Shown: positions 36,801 through 48,264 of the stretch, piece after piece
Numbering within the stretch: position 1 is the stretch's first letter
How the letters are laid out: every line of letters begins with the position of its first letter
Assembly (NCBI GenBank): GCA_001642005.1
Contig: LWCA01000138.1
Coordinates: forward strand, 1 to 48,264
Origin: Intoshia linei
Lineage: Eukaryota; Animalia; Orthonectida
Direction of reading: 5' to 3'
DNA: 48,264 nt
Notes under the pieces: generated by a model
Seen by the model: only the letters and a program-made list of their open reading frames with translations
Told to the model about the DNA's origin: nothing
Database searches by the model: none
Translations under genes and position numbers: made by a program

Positions 36801-37292
36801 ATAAAGCAAATACCGGCTAATTCGATCAAGCTATAAAAAAGTTGCATTTAGAATAAATTTTACATACATCAACTTGAATCAAAAAAATTAAATAAATCTG
36901 TCAAAAAGTTCAGTTCAGGGATTTCAGTTTAAACAATAAATATTTTTTTATTCAGGACCATTCCTCAGAATTTAAAAAAATGTACATCATATATTATTAT
37001 ACCTTTTGAGGTTGTCGCATAGAATAAAATGTAAGTTTTTCCAAGTTTTGCTTGTTGAGTGGATTCTATAAATCATAAATTTGTTAAATATAGTAAATTC
37101 AAACGAAACCTCCAATCTTGTACATATTATTTAAAAATATATTACATTTTCGGAATTGACAGGGTAAATATTGTCAATAAGCCTCACATATTTAGATCGA
37201 AAAGGTGAGCATGATGTGAAAAACAATTTAAATCTTTGCCTGGTATCTGAAGATAAAGATTTAGGTCTAATTTTTTTATTGCCTCTTAACAT
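30825..37292 (-). CDS. EFR3: Protein EFR3 homolog (PI4KIIIalpha membrane anchor), multi-exon; 3' end uncertain
   Basis: CSPFRSKYVRLIDNIYP / NLEKLTFYSMRQPQK / LDRISRYL...DHLLGACRSSSNLNVFVGNYLQML match the EFR3 N-terminus. Later exons give IHALVAGIMRL...IMERNQSAKYLLPENIF (cf. HGIVAAYLNF...RTMEAPYFLPEHIF). Exons below ~31300 are ambiguous. Confidence 0.88.
32877..33802. mobile_element. hAT-like non-autonomous element in an EFR3 intron
   Basis: TIRs CAGGGGCGGATTCAAG / CTTGGATCCGCCCTG, flanks sharing gtacaa, and subterminal agacgc repeats. Confidence 0.75.
32915..33145. mobile_element. Hairpin (long-TIR) Tc1/mariner-type MITE nested in the hAT-like element
   Basis: TA|CCGACTTCATAATATCGTTCTC ... 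GAGAACAATATTATGAAGTCTG|TA, with ~87-bp inverted arms. Confidence 0.85.
33840..34158 (-). mobile_element. Helitron-like family 5' part
   Basis: Minus-strand A|TCCTTACTTATAAT start and module ttttgaccttgaacgtctcaatttctgaa. Confidence 0.65.
34203..34630. mobile_element. Degenerate hAT MITE in an EFR3 intron
   Basis: CAGTGGTTCTGAAC ... GTTCAAAACCACCA, flanks atctatac / acctacac. Confidence 0.6.
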
Positions 37293-38421
37293 GGCAAATT
37301 AATGTTTACAAACTTTATTATAATTTACAAAATTTACTTACTCATTTTATTGTTGGCATGTATAGTAATTTCGGTTCAGTCTGATACAGAAAATATTTGC
37401 AATATATTGATTGATTTCAGTTCCTAGAGTAATATTTCACTCCCCATTAATTGTTTGATTGAATTATTAATATCAATACAAATACAGTAATGCATATCAT
37501 ATGTTAATTACATTGTAAATTTATGTTTAGAATATTATGAATTCAAATATGGTTACTACAATTGCATATATTAAAATGTCAATTGGTAGATTTTATAATT
37601 TTTTGAGATAAACAATAATGTTGCGTTGATAAATACTAAATTTCAACAAATATTTGATACATTTAGTAATTACAATATAGTATTATGGAATTGGAGCAAC
37701 GAAACAAATTATAAGGTTAAATTAGTGTATCTAATTTGTTGAGTAGGAATGCTAGAAATGTATTATTTTAATTAAAAGTTAAATTGAAATAATTAGCAAC
37801 AATAGTAAAACTTAAAAACAATACGATTGGTTCGCAACCTTATTCAACAATCGTTAATCGAAATATTTAGCTAAAAATCAGAAATTTTATATAATTTTCT
37901 AATGAACATTAAGATTGATGAAATACGATTTAAATTTAATTTATATAAGGTTAAAATATATAATAGGATTATATGTTGTTGTATTGTAACGATTTATCAA
38001 TTTTTATATACATAGTTGAAATAGTAGATAGGAACATTCGAATGTAAAGATTAAATTCCATATAATTTTGAAAGGGCACACTTTTTACATTATATTTTCA
38101 AACTAATGACCTAATCATCAGTGTGACAAGAAAAAGTGGTACTATCAAGCTAGTTTATTTCAGCGGTTCTTAACATACTTCGCAGTTGGTACTCCTAAAC
38201 TAAAAAAAAAATAATTTGGTACCCATAATAAATTCTATTTATTGTAACTATGATATCATGTGAATTAATAAAAAATCAAATAAAATAACTAGTTAAACTG
38301 TACTTCATCAAAAATAGATACATAAATGTATTATGAAATTTTAACAATATTTATAATTTATGAATCATAAAAATGTGAGTCATAGGTTGAGACCAACTGG
38401 TACCCCTAGGGGTACTAGTAT

Positions 38422-38486
38422 CCCCCCCCCCCCCCCCCCCCCCCCCTNNNNNNNNNNNNNNNNNNNNNNNNNNNNNNNNNNNNNNN
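38422..38486. other. Poly-C run followed by an assembly gap
   Basis: 25 C at 38422-38446, then 39 N at 38448-38486, at the end of a hAT MITE that starts at 38161 (CAGCGGTTCTTAAC). Confidence 0.95.
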
Positions 38487-38864
38487 GGTGGTTTATTTAG
38501 ACAATTTTAAGACAAAATTATTTTTTGCACTCATATTGCATATTACACTTGTCAACTAAATGAAAACTTTTTTTCCAAGAACTTTATGAAATATATATCA
38601 TTAACAATAATTAACAAATGCTAAAGTAAACAACTGAACTTTTTGTGGTCAACATATTTTCATTTTATATTTTGCAAATCAAGATGGATGATTATATCAC
38701 AGAAACTAGAATTATTTTGATAAATACAAAAAATCTATTTAGTTATACATGTTTGTTCTTTAGATAAATGTTATAAAATTACTTTTTTCTAGTTACCTAA
38801 TGCACCTATATAAAATTGAATTATTTTTTGAGAAGTAATGCATAGTAAAATTTTAATAAATAAA

Positions 38865-41304
38865 TTATTGATAATGATACGGCATTGAATTCATAGATCG
38901 TTCGTCGTTTGCTCTTCTACTGTAAGGATTAGAATTCAAATTAGAATCTCCCATCTGTGGAACGCTTGACATAGGTGGTGGTGCTCGCTCCTAAATACAA
39001 AATTAATTAACTCGAAATAACAAAAATTTATGTTCAATTAAGACTCACAAATATTTACATATTAAACAAAATAATCACAAAATTGCTATCTACACGTGTT
39101 TCTCAAAAGGGTCTGGTAAGAAAATTGCTGAAAAACAAAATTTTATTGTTTCATAAATAATTGTTTTAAAACTTTTATTTAAATTGACTTTTTTATAGAT
39201 TATTTTCATATAAAATTTGTTCCGTTAACTTTATTATTAAGTTATAAATTTTTTGAGGTCAACAATAATTAAAAATTTTTTTTTATTCTTGGTATGAAAT
39301 TTCGTGATCACTGATGATACGTAATATAAACCACACAATTAACGGAATTATTATACTTGAGAAAAATTCGTAGTCGGCTAATACAGAATTAGATTGTGAC
39401 TAAAAACATTTCAAACATAAAAAACACCAAAAATTTTTTCAAAAAAAAAATATGGACAAATACCGAAAACATTTGCGAAAGTTAAAATAATAATGGAAAA
39501 AAAATTTATATTATAACACCTTTACATAACTGGTGGGCCATAATTGACACTCCTGATATAAATGAAAAACAAATTCTAAACATTAAAAAATGTCACACGT
39601 CCAATAATGATAAATCAATAAACACTTTTAAATCATGAATCATGATATCCAATTTAGTTAATTATAAAAATACAAATTCTTTAGGCTTTAACTCCGGTTG
39701 ACTTTGAGAATTTCCAAAACTTTGTTGTGAGTTTGGATAATATTGATTTGATCCTGGCATTGGTATATTATTCCCAGGAGGAAAAGTATTATTTTGACTC
39801 TTATCTCCAAAAGCAGGCATATATTGTCCTATTTCAAAAATTAATTTATTTCAACGCATCTTACAATTTTAACAATTCAAATTTTTGGATTACACAAAAG
39901 TATTAATCTTTCAAATTTTAAAAAGAAAATAAGAGAGCCACAAATAGGTACTTGTAAATCCAGGGGCAAAAAATTTTAATTTAAAATTTAAACAAAGTGA
40001 GAATTAAAAAAATTATATTCTTGAATATCGTAATATTTTGTGTTAAATTTAAAATGTCTGACCCAGAGCCTTCGAGAGGTGGCTAGGGGTTTTGTGACAC
40101 TCGGCATCGTCTGTGAAAAATATATTTTCTAAGGCCCATTTTTCATTTTCTGGTAACATAGTACATAGTATGTTCATTTTGAAAACTTGATTTCTGTTAA
40201 AAAAAAATTAAATATTACCCTGTGGAAAATTTTGCATTTGCTGAGATGGCACATCTTGATTAAACCTCTGTGTTGGAGAATTGAAATTTTTCTGGTATGC
40301 ATTTTGCGGTGGCAGTGGTGCGACAGCAGGCGATTTGTAATTTCCATATTTAGAATTGTCAGCATAACTTTGTTGAGTATAACTGGTCTGTTTTTGTTGT
40401 TGATCACTATATTGAGGGTTTTCAGGTTTTCTGAAAGCACTCCCATAAGCATCATTCGTTTGTGTAGTATTCTGACGACTAAAGTAATTGTACGAATCAT
40501 TCTTCTCTGCTAAAAAATTTTTGATAAGATTCGTGCAAATGAAAAAATTTAGAATATAAATAACAAATATTAAATTACCGAAAGCTGGAACTTTCGGAAT
40601 CGACGCTTCGGATTGAGTTGGAATTATACTTAACGGACTACTAATGGGAGTAGTACAAGTTTTTTTATTTTCTGTTTCCAACATTCTCGAAATTATAGGT
40701 TTAGTTTGTCTTTTAACAGCAACATCTTTTTCTTCCTTTGAACTATTCAAAATAGTAATAATGGTATTTAGTTGTGAATGTATTGATTCCATTAATGAGG
40801 ACCCACATTCATTCACATTTTCATTCAAAAATGACTTATTGGCCAATTCTTTAGAATCTAAAATAAAATTATTATCAACGTATTATAAATATTTCATAAA
40901 ATATACCAAAAATTCTCAAATCCATCTTTTTATCCTTATCATCGCGCTTAATAATGGCCATGGAGACTTGTGAAGAATCAGTCATTGTAATCAAATCATT
41001 ATCTAATTATTTTTAAAATAAATACAATTAAAATTTGCAAAATATTAATACTAGTTAATGTAATTAATTAAAAAATTTAAATACCTTCATCCAAATATTT
41101 CACAAAAATATTGTTGATATTAGGTATTTCATCTTTATAAATTCTTTTAATCATTAAAATTATATCGTCGTATGGTATATCTTCATTATGTATTACAACT
41201 TTTCGAAAATCATTTCCGTATCGAAACTTTACATGTATTTGCCCTAATGTACTCATTTTTGCTATATTTTCTGTAATTTTATTCATTTTCATTTCATTTT
41301 CCAT
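38865..41304 (-). CDS. TFG: Protein TFG (PB1 domain, coiled coil, P/Q-rich tail), 6 exons
   Basis: VKFRYGNDFRKVVIHNEDIPYDDIILMIKRIY...VKYLDE|DNDLITMTDSS is the TFG PB1 signature. P/Q/Y-rich exons follow, and the last exon has the conserved NPYSR with TAA at 38865. Confidence 0.95.
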
Positions 41305-41355
41305 TTTATTGAAATTTTTCAATATTGACAGAAAAATAAACTAATAAATACCAAA

Positions 41356-41631
41356 TGACGTGGAAATTTTGTTTTCATAGAAATTTTACATTATAAACTT
41401 TTTCGTAACACGGACTACCTGTTTATTTCATTAGTGATACTGATTCAGAATTATTTCAACAGTATTGAATCAATACAAACATTGTACTATCGCCACGTTG
41501 ACTGAAATATGTGATTATTAATCGTATTTTTAAACTTCCATAGATATATTAGCGCTCTGTAATATAATTACAAACCGGTAATTTACCAATAACTTGAAGA
41601 TATTGATCGGAATATGTATCACATGACGTGA
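41356..41631. promoter_or_regulatory. UPRE / CREB3-XBP1-like sites in the divergent promoter upstream of TFG
   Basis: TGACGTGG at 41356-41363, GCCACGT at 41492-41498 and TGACGTGA at 41624-41631, in very GC-poor DNA. Confidence 0.45.
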
Positions 41632-41904
41632 TGTGATTCACATCCTTTAAATATGTATTCAACTACTGTCGCTGTATTTTAAAATATTCCATATACATCA
41701 GCCATGTCAAACTAAAAAATTTTTATAGCATTAACTTTGGAAACCATTCTAAGAATCGAGATAATTTTGTAATACATTTATTCATATTTGGTTTTATTTA
41801 CAAAATTATCGTTTCTGATTTTTTTATTCTTGCATTTAGTTGATAAATAAAAAAATCATAATCTAAAGTGGTAATTTAAAATTTGACTGAAAAAATTATC
41901 TGAA

Positions 41905-44900
41905 ATGACAATAATTTTAAAACTTTATTTACAAAAACTTTATTACACTATAATGAAACCTAAAAAAATTCAAGAAATAGTTCCACAAATTTTAGATAAT
42001 CTAAAAAGTATTAAAAATGAATTTACATCAATTTTGTTTGAAATTTCAAAAGAAGGAGATTATTACAAATCAGACAATTTGGATAATGTTTACAATATAA
42101 CAAAGCGTGTTCAAAAACTAAACGTTTCATTAAAGTATGTTAATTTTGGTAGCATTTAATAATTATTAAAATGAGCAACATTAGGTTGCTAGATATTTAG
42201 ATATATTTAAAGTTTTTTTTCAGGTAGTGATTCTCAGCTAAGATAATTTGTTTGAAATATTTTTGAAAGGCTAGAGCAAAATTTTTTGATCTTGCATAGG
42301 TATCCTGAAAATAGTTTATTTACTATAAATAAATGAAATACAGTATCCTTTCCAATTGCCAATTCATGTATTTCCCCATATGATTACTGTAATATAAAAA
42401 TATTAACATTTTATTCTATAATTCGCCAATTCTCTTACTAGCCATTAATTTAAAATATACCACTAAAAGTTTTAAAACTATTTTTTAAAATTAGTGACGA
42501 TTCTATGTATGATTTTGTTTATTTTGTATTATCTTTAACAGAATATTCTTAAACCCAACCATTTTTATTAAAATTTAATCATTTTTACTAAAAATCTAGT
42601 TTTACCAATTTTTAATGGAAAAATTCGGTTTTAAAAGCTTTTTAGAGAAAATTCCAGTTTTACCAACCTTTAAGGGAAAAATCCAATTTTACAAACCTCT
42701 AAGGAAAAATCCCAATTTTACCAACCTATATGGGAAAACCCACTTTTACCAAACTTTTATGTGAAAAAGGAAATGCAAACAGTGTGCTTGAAGGGCTGAA
42801 TTTTCTAAAACAGACATGCAAAAAGAGAGGTAAACAGTGTATAATTCAAACAATTACGACTGACGAAGACAAGGCATATCAAAAACTATGGAAACCCTTA
42901 GTAGTTCCACCATATAGGTTAACTGTTGGTTTCACATGAAAACTTTGATTGAATCTGATGCTTCCGGGATAACTTGTTTATAACTAATCTTTCTATTTGA
43001 GAACTTCATTTTGTTTTGTTTGTGATATTGAGTTTTTATGGGATACTTCGCAATTCTAGAAAACTGGATTTTTCCATTAAAGGTTAATAAAACTAAAATT
43101 ATTTTTTAAGGGTTGGTAAAACAGGAATTTTCCATGAAGGGTTTTTAAAACCGATATTTTCCTTTTAGGGTTGATAAAACTGGATTTTTCCTTTAAAGGT
43201 TGTTAAAACTGAATTTTTCCTTTTAGTGTTGGTAAATTTTGATTTATGGTAAAAATGGTTGGATTTAAGTAGACACCTTATCTTTAAATCATGTGAAATT
43301 TAAAATGCTTCTAAATCGCTAAAGAAAACTTAAATGTTTAATAAAACAGATGGATAATAAATTTAAAGAGGATAATCGGAACCTTACGTTTACAAAAAAT
43401 TTTCTTTATATTCTATTTTACTTACTGATTTATTACTGATAAATTCGTGTAAAATATGTAATCATTTTACAAATTTTAGTAAACTCATTTTTAAATTCAG
43501 AAATAATTAATTAATTTCAGTTGTAAAAACAGTTTAGAGAGAATACTGTAATTGGACATTTTTTAGGGCATTCAATGATAATTGTGCTGATTTACCCAAA
43601 AATACTTGCATACAATTTAATAATGTCACACAATATTTGGCGTATTTGAATGATAGCGATCAAATTTATCCAAATGTCATTGAAAACTACAAAATTTTGA
43701 AAAATGTAATTTTTTTCCGTATTTTTATGTTTTTTACTCAAAAACTTAAAGCTTCGGATCCAAATCCCTAATTACCCATTATTTTGTAAAATGAAAAAAG
43801 TTAATAATCCCATAATTTAAAAAAGACCACATCTAATAACATTTATTCAGTTAATTACACGAAAATTTTCAATATCACAAAGTTAAGCTTTTACAATCAA
43901 AAAAGCAAAATTGCTTTTTTTTTTGATTATAAAAATTTTTATTATTTATAATTATTAATTTCAGGTACTGAGAACTAAAAGATTGAGAACCCCTGATCTA
44001 AATGAAAAGATTCTAAAATATTTTATTTAATTGAACCTTTTAAAATTTACTTTGATTTGTCATAAACGTACAAAATTTTTTTGTTTATAGATTCAGAATT
44101 TACTTATGTAAATTAGTCATAAATTGACTATGTTATAATTATTTTCCATCTTGGGAATCCCAAGTTGGGATGCATCAATCAATATTAAATATAGTATATT
44201 TAAAATTATGGTTCATTATAAGTGGAATATCATGTTAATTTCTGATTGTATAATTAATTAAAAACCCTCCCAAAATTGACCGCTTATCGTCATAAATTGT
44301 CATTTTCTAGAGTGATCAAAGTATTCTCATTTTATTTTTAACTAAATTTCAGCTTCAAAATTCTGTTTATCATTTTGATAAGTTTATGCATGATTCACAA
44401 TTTGGTGTGCCTTCAATAATTGTTCGACCTAAAGTAATAGAAAATTGTAGTTTACCAAAGTTTTTTTATTATTATAATGGATACATTGATGATTAGTATT
44501 ATGGATAATTACATGGAACATTTTTCTTACAATTCTCAGGCCATCATTAAATCTACAGCTGTTGGCAATTGTAGATATTTACAGGTATTTCTTTTTACTA
44601 GATTTTTATTATTTTACATTTTTAGATAAGCTTTAGAAACGTTTGCACTTTTCTTCTCTATGTCAATGTTACACATATCGAGTGGGTCAAAGCTTTTAAA
44701 TATAAACAAAAACATGAAAGTAAAGTTTGTGTGGTATGATATTTTAAAATTTACAAATTTTATGTAAATATTATCTTGACTGTTATGTATTAAGTACATT
44801 GTACTTGGCGCAAATATTAGGTGGCTTTGCCGATGGCCAACTTTTCTAATTCTACCAAAAGAATACATTCAATAAAATCTTACTTAAAAATGGTTCTATT

Positions 44901-47679
44901 CACTATTACCGTTAAAACAGTGGTTCCCAAACTTATTATTTAATTAAATTTATAAATTATTGTAAATGTAGTAGTTTTTAAGTTTTGAGTAGTAAATATT
45001 TAATTTGCTTATAATTTAAGTCCGTTATATTAACGGAAAATGATTTAAATTTCAAATCGAAACGATTTACTAGCAATTAAACAAAATGTAGAAGATTGGA
45101 ATAAGTGAACTTTTTTAATGGATTTATTTTTGGTGATTCAAGTTTAACATTCCTATTTTTGTATGTATTTAGGATAACTCTGTTTTAACGATTCGACATT
45201 TTTAAGTACATGTAGGTTGAATAGTTTTATCTTTAATTTGTTTCATAATGTTGATATATTTAGAATGCTTTCAACAAACCTCACCAATATCAATTATATG
45301 AAAAGGTATCATTTTACTTGATATACATTATATATTAGCGTGGTCTCAAAAAATTTTTTAAAAACTAGATCTAAGTGACCTTAAAAAATTCTACCATTCT
45401 TCACCAAATTTTTCGTAGAGTTTAATGACATATATATTGTGTGCTTTTTTTTTGAGTGTTGTACAGTGTTATTGAAAAAATTGACTTTCTGAGCAAATTT
45501 TAATTTATGGAATTTTATTATTTTGATGATAATTTTGAAATACCGTTTTAAAAAATTAACTTTAACCGATAGTTACCAACTATTATTCTTATATATTATT
45601 TTTATTATAGATTTTAGATTACCGAATATCTTAACTGTTATTTTGAAAAGATAATTGGAGATTTGGTCGATATGTATTTTCGGAATTGCATTGTAATTAT
45701 TTAAATAGTCTTACTCTGTGCTCATTGGAATAAAAACTTTGTTGAAGATTTAAAAGGTTTCAATAAATGCATTTTTTTAGAATTTTAATAAAAAGCTTTA
45801 ATTTACTTTAGTTTTTAATAAAGTGGTGGTTCTCAATGATTGATGGATCGCTCTCTTGAGTCAAGGACAGTTTAAACTTTGTTTAAGTCAGTTTGAGCTG
45901 TCCTTGCTTGAGCCAAGATGTTGAAACATATCTTGTAAAAAATTTTTAAATGATAAGGGAAGCGATAGATTAAATTATTTGCTTAGGGTGATTCTAGAAC
46001 CAATTATTTAACTGTTTGAAATGACCCGTGTAACGTTTAACAAACCAAAAATTTAGAATTTTACATAATTTACTTATTGTCCTTTACCTATTTGACAATA
46101 TTTGAATGATATTTTCTGAGCTCAGGGGTTTTCGATAACGTTAGTAAAAATGTCAAATTAGTAAAGTTCATTGAATTAGTCATCACGATACTCGTATACT
46201 TTGGTAATATAGTCCTCGCCCTCTCTTGTCCCAGTTGTCGAACTATTAATTGTAATCATAAATGTAATATTTTAGTATTTGGTACTCAAGTATTCAAGTT
46301 TATTCAAAATCAAGTGTAATCGATGTCAAAAGCATGTTAGCAAAAATTTTTTACTTCCAATTGTTCGAAATCACAGAAATTACAATGCTTTCCATTTAGA
46401 ATGTCAATAATATGTATTTATCTAATAAAAGTAGACATCAGTGTTACTAAATTTTTTTACGTGGGAAGCGACCATACCTTATTATTATGTTATTAAAATC
46501 TCGATATAAATTTTAGATTTAATATAGAAAGAAACATTATTCGCATACTATATATGTCATACAGTATACCTTAAGGCAGCGTTTCCCAAATACCGGTACG
46601 TGAAAATTTTTTACCGGTCCGCGAAATTATTTTGAAAATTACTAAGTCTTACTACTATTACTGTAATTACAAGTCAATTTATTACGTTTTTTTAATGTTA
46701 CCTAGTATTTCGCTTTCATCATTAAATGAATTGGTCCACCATGAAAAAAGTGTGGCAGCCATTGCTTTAGGATACATGATTATGTAAATATTGAATATAT
46801 GTTTGTTTGACATAATATTTACATAAATAAATTAGATGATTTAAGTTATTCCTAGAATGAATTTTATTTTTTCCAGTTTGACATTATTTCTCGTCTTCGT
46901 TGTGTCTCTGAACAGTTTACCCATACATTTGGACGAAATTAAGGGTATACGCTAAAAATTTAAAAAATAAAAATTAAATTTTTAGATACTGCAAATGGTT
47001 CAGAGAAAACCTCTGTGAATCCCATAATAGTTAAGAAGACTACGCTATCTAAAATAAATTTGATAAGTGCACTGAGTCAAACAGTGGATGACGTTTACAG
47101 ATTGAGAAATGCTCCAACGAAACAAGTAAGAGCTGCATTCTTTTATGCATTGTTGACTCCACTGGCAATTTACGAATTGTATCACAGTGCTGTGATGTTA
47201 GTATTTGATATATAAATCTGTAGCCCTTTTTAGAGTTTCTACATACTTGGCACTGATGTTGTCATATGCATTAGGAGGGTACTTTAATCTATACGGTATT
47301 GTAACATTTATTTTATAGTTTGCATCCTATATACATGTATTCATTTTAACCACTTTTTAGTCACAGATATACCATTATAATGATTTTGAATGAAATTAGC
47401 TTGTCATATCCAATATACGTGATTGTTAGAGATGGTGATAGTCACACTATTTTAAATATTTTGGGTAAATTCAATTTTTACGTTACTACATGAAGCTTTG
47501 TTTATTTAGAAATGTATGGGAAAAGTATTTTATTCATTATTTCTGTTGAAGCTCTAATGGAATTTACGAATATTTTCTATGAAACTGGATTTAAATCCAC
47601 AATGATAGCTGTCCCTGCAAGTGAATTATTAATTACATTGTCATACGGAATATTAAAGAACAATAATTGGAGAAAATAA
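41905..47679 (+). CDS. Uncharacterised multi-exon protein gene (structure and 3' end uncertain)
   Basis: AG/GT-bounded stop-free segments at 41905-42134, ~43567-43705, ~44353-44433, ~44490-44584, ~45618-45757, ~46877-46945, ~46986-47200 and ~47400-47679. Only a faint remembered resemblance to CCDC142. Confidence 0.55.
42410..43548 (+). mobile_element. CAGTATTCTCTC-family MITE interrupted by a foldback element
   Basis: Both flanks of 42539-43277 align contiguously with 8920-9270. Right end GAGAGAATACTG|TA. Confidence 0.75.
42539..43277 (+). mobile_element. Foldback-type Mutator-like (MULE) element with a transposase remnant
   Basis: Direct repeat TTATCTTTAA on both sides. Inverted arms of ~225 bp are built of ~6 x 29-bp units. 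The core encodes IQTITTDEDKAYQK and, after a frameshift, NCWFHMK (CxxH, 42924-42935). Confidence 0.85.
46577..46765. mobile_element. Short hAT MITE
   Basis: CAGCGTTTCCCAAA...accggtccgcg...tggtccacc...GTGGCAGCCATTG, flanks ccttaagg / ctttagga. Confidence 0.55.
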
Positions 47680-48224
47680 ATATATATGATTTTGATAGTA
47701 AACTTTACACTGAACAAGGGTTATTTTAAGTGTGTAGATGAAAAATTTGTTGACATTATCTTTGGAAATTAGAATTTCGTTAATAAAATATTAGAATTAT
47801 TAAAATTAGAATATTTTCGTTAAATTCATTTAACAAATATGCCATTTTCGTTAAATAAGATTTTGACTTTAGCTTGCTTTGATTAAATTGAAATTGGAAA
47901 GACCTACTTAAACAGAACCAATTTTCCTCAATTCGAGGCCACGCGAAAATAAAAAATAGACCTCAAAAAAAAGTTTCACAATCTATGCATAATGTCATAT
48001 AGCCTCTAACTACCCCTCTAAGGCTCTTGATTTGAATTACACACAAAATAGTTATAATATTCAAGAATATTGATGTATTAGGAGATTCCGAACTAAGAAC
48101 ATTGTATTTTACTAAGTAGTCATGTTATTTTAAGTACACTGTACTTGTAAATAGAAAATATAAATATACTAATAATTAAATTAGTTAATACAATTAATTT
48201 ATAATACACGATTAATATGTATAA

Positions 48225-48264
48225 TAGGGTAGTTCAAAAACAAAAAAATTTTTGAAATTGAAAA
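48225..48264 (+). mobile_element. Possible left terminus of a hATm-type element running off the window
   Basis: TAGGGTAGTTCAAAAA resembles the TAGGGTG terminus at 4329. The partner end is not visible. Confidence 0.3.

Noticed and set aside
38422-38486. Poly-C tract as a G-quadruplex or regulatory element
   Set aside because: It abuts the N gap and is probably a sequencing or assembly artefact.
40174-40973. Overlapping ORFs 40174-40500 (-), 40187-40513 (+) and 40644-40973 (+)
   Set aside because: Shadow frames of TFG exons with no independent motifs.
42590-43240. 29-bp repeats as a CRISPR-like array
   Set aside because: The units abut without spacers, are degenerate and are mirrored as TIR arms. 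The context is eukaryotic with no cas genes.
44490-44690. Prominin call from the AVGNCR motif
   Set aside because: A single short motif without the expected five-TM organisation.

Overview
This is very AT-rich (roughly 25% GC by eye) metazoan nuclear DNA with compact genes. Most introns are tiny (27-45 nt, GT..AG); the long ones are packed with DNA transposons. The style resembles a reduced invertebrate parasite genome such as an orthonectid (inference only). Genes in order: a partial ORF at the left edge (-), an intronless CDK5 activator p35-like gene (-), a DDX21/PMH-like DEAD-box helicase with a presequence-like N-terminus (-), SART3 (+), MICOS10 (-), RAN (+), MED15 (-), EFR3 (-), TFG (-) and an uncharacterised multi-exon gene (+). 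Mobile DNA includes a full-length but dead Tc1/Tc3-like IR/DR element (DD34E), about 11 pieces of a non-autonomous Helitron family, many hAT and Tc1/pogo MITEs (several with perfect TSDs, several nested), a hATm-type transposase remnant, and a foldback Mutator-like element with 29-bp repeat arms. There is one assembly gap. I found no prokaryote-type system (CRISPR, defence operon) and nothing I can support as a wholly new biological system. The best leads are the atypical helicase, the Cys/His-extended p35, the Helitron and MULE families, the tight EFR3-MED15 junction and UPRE-like sites in the TFG promoter. Exon structures were assembled by eye and no database searches were run.
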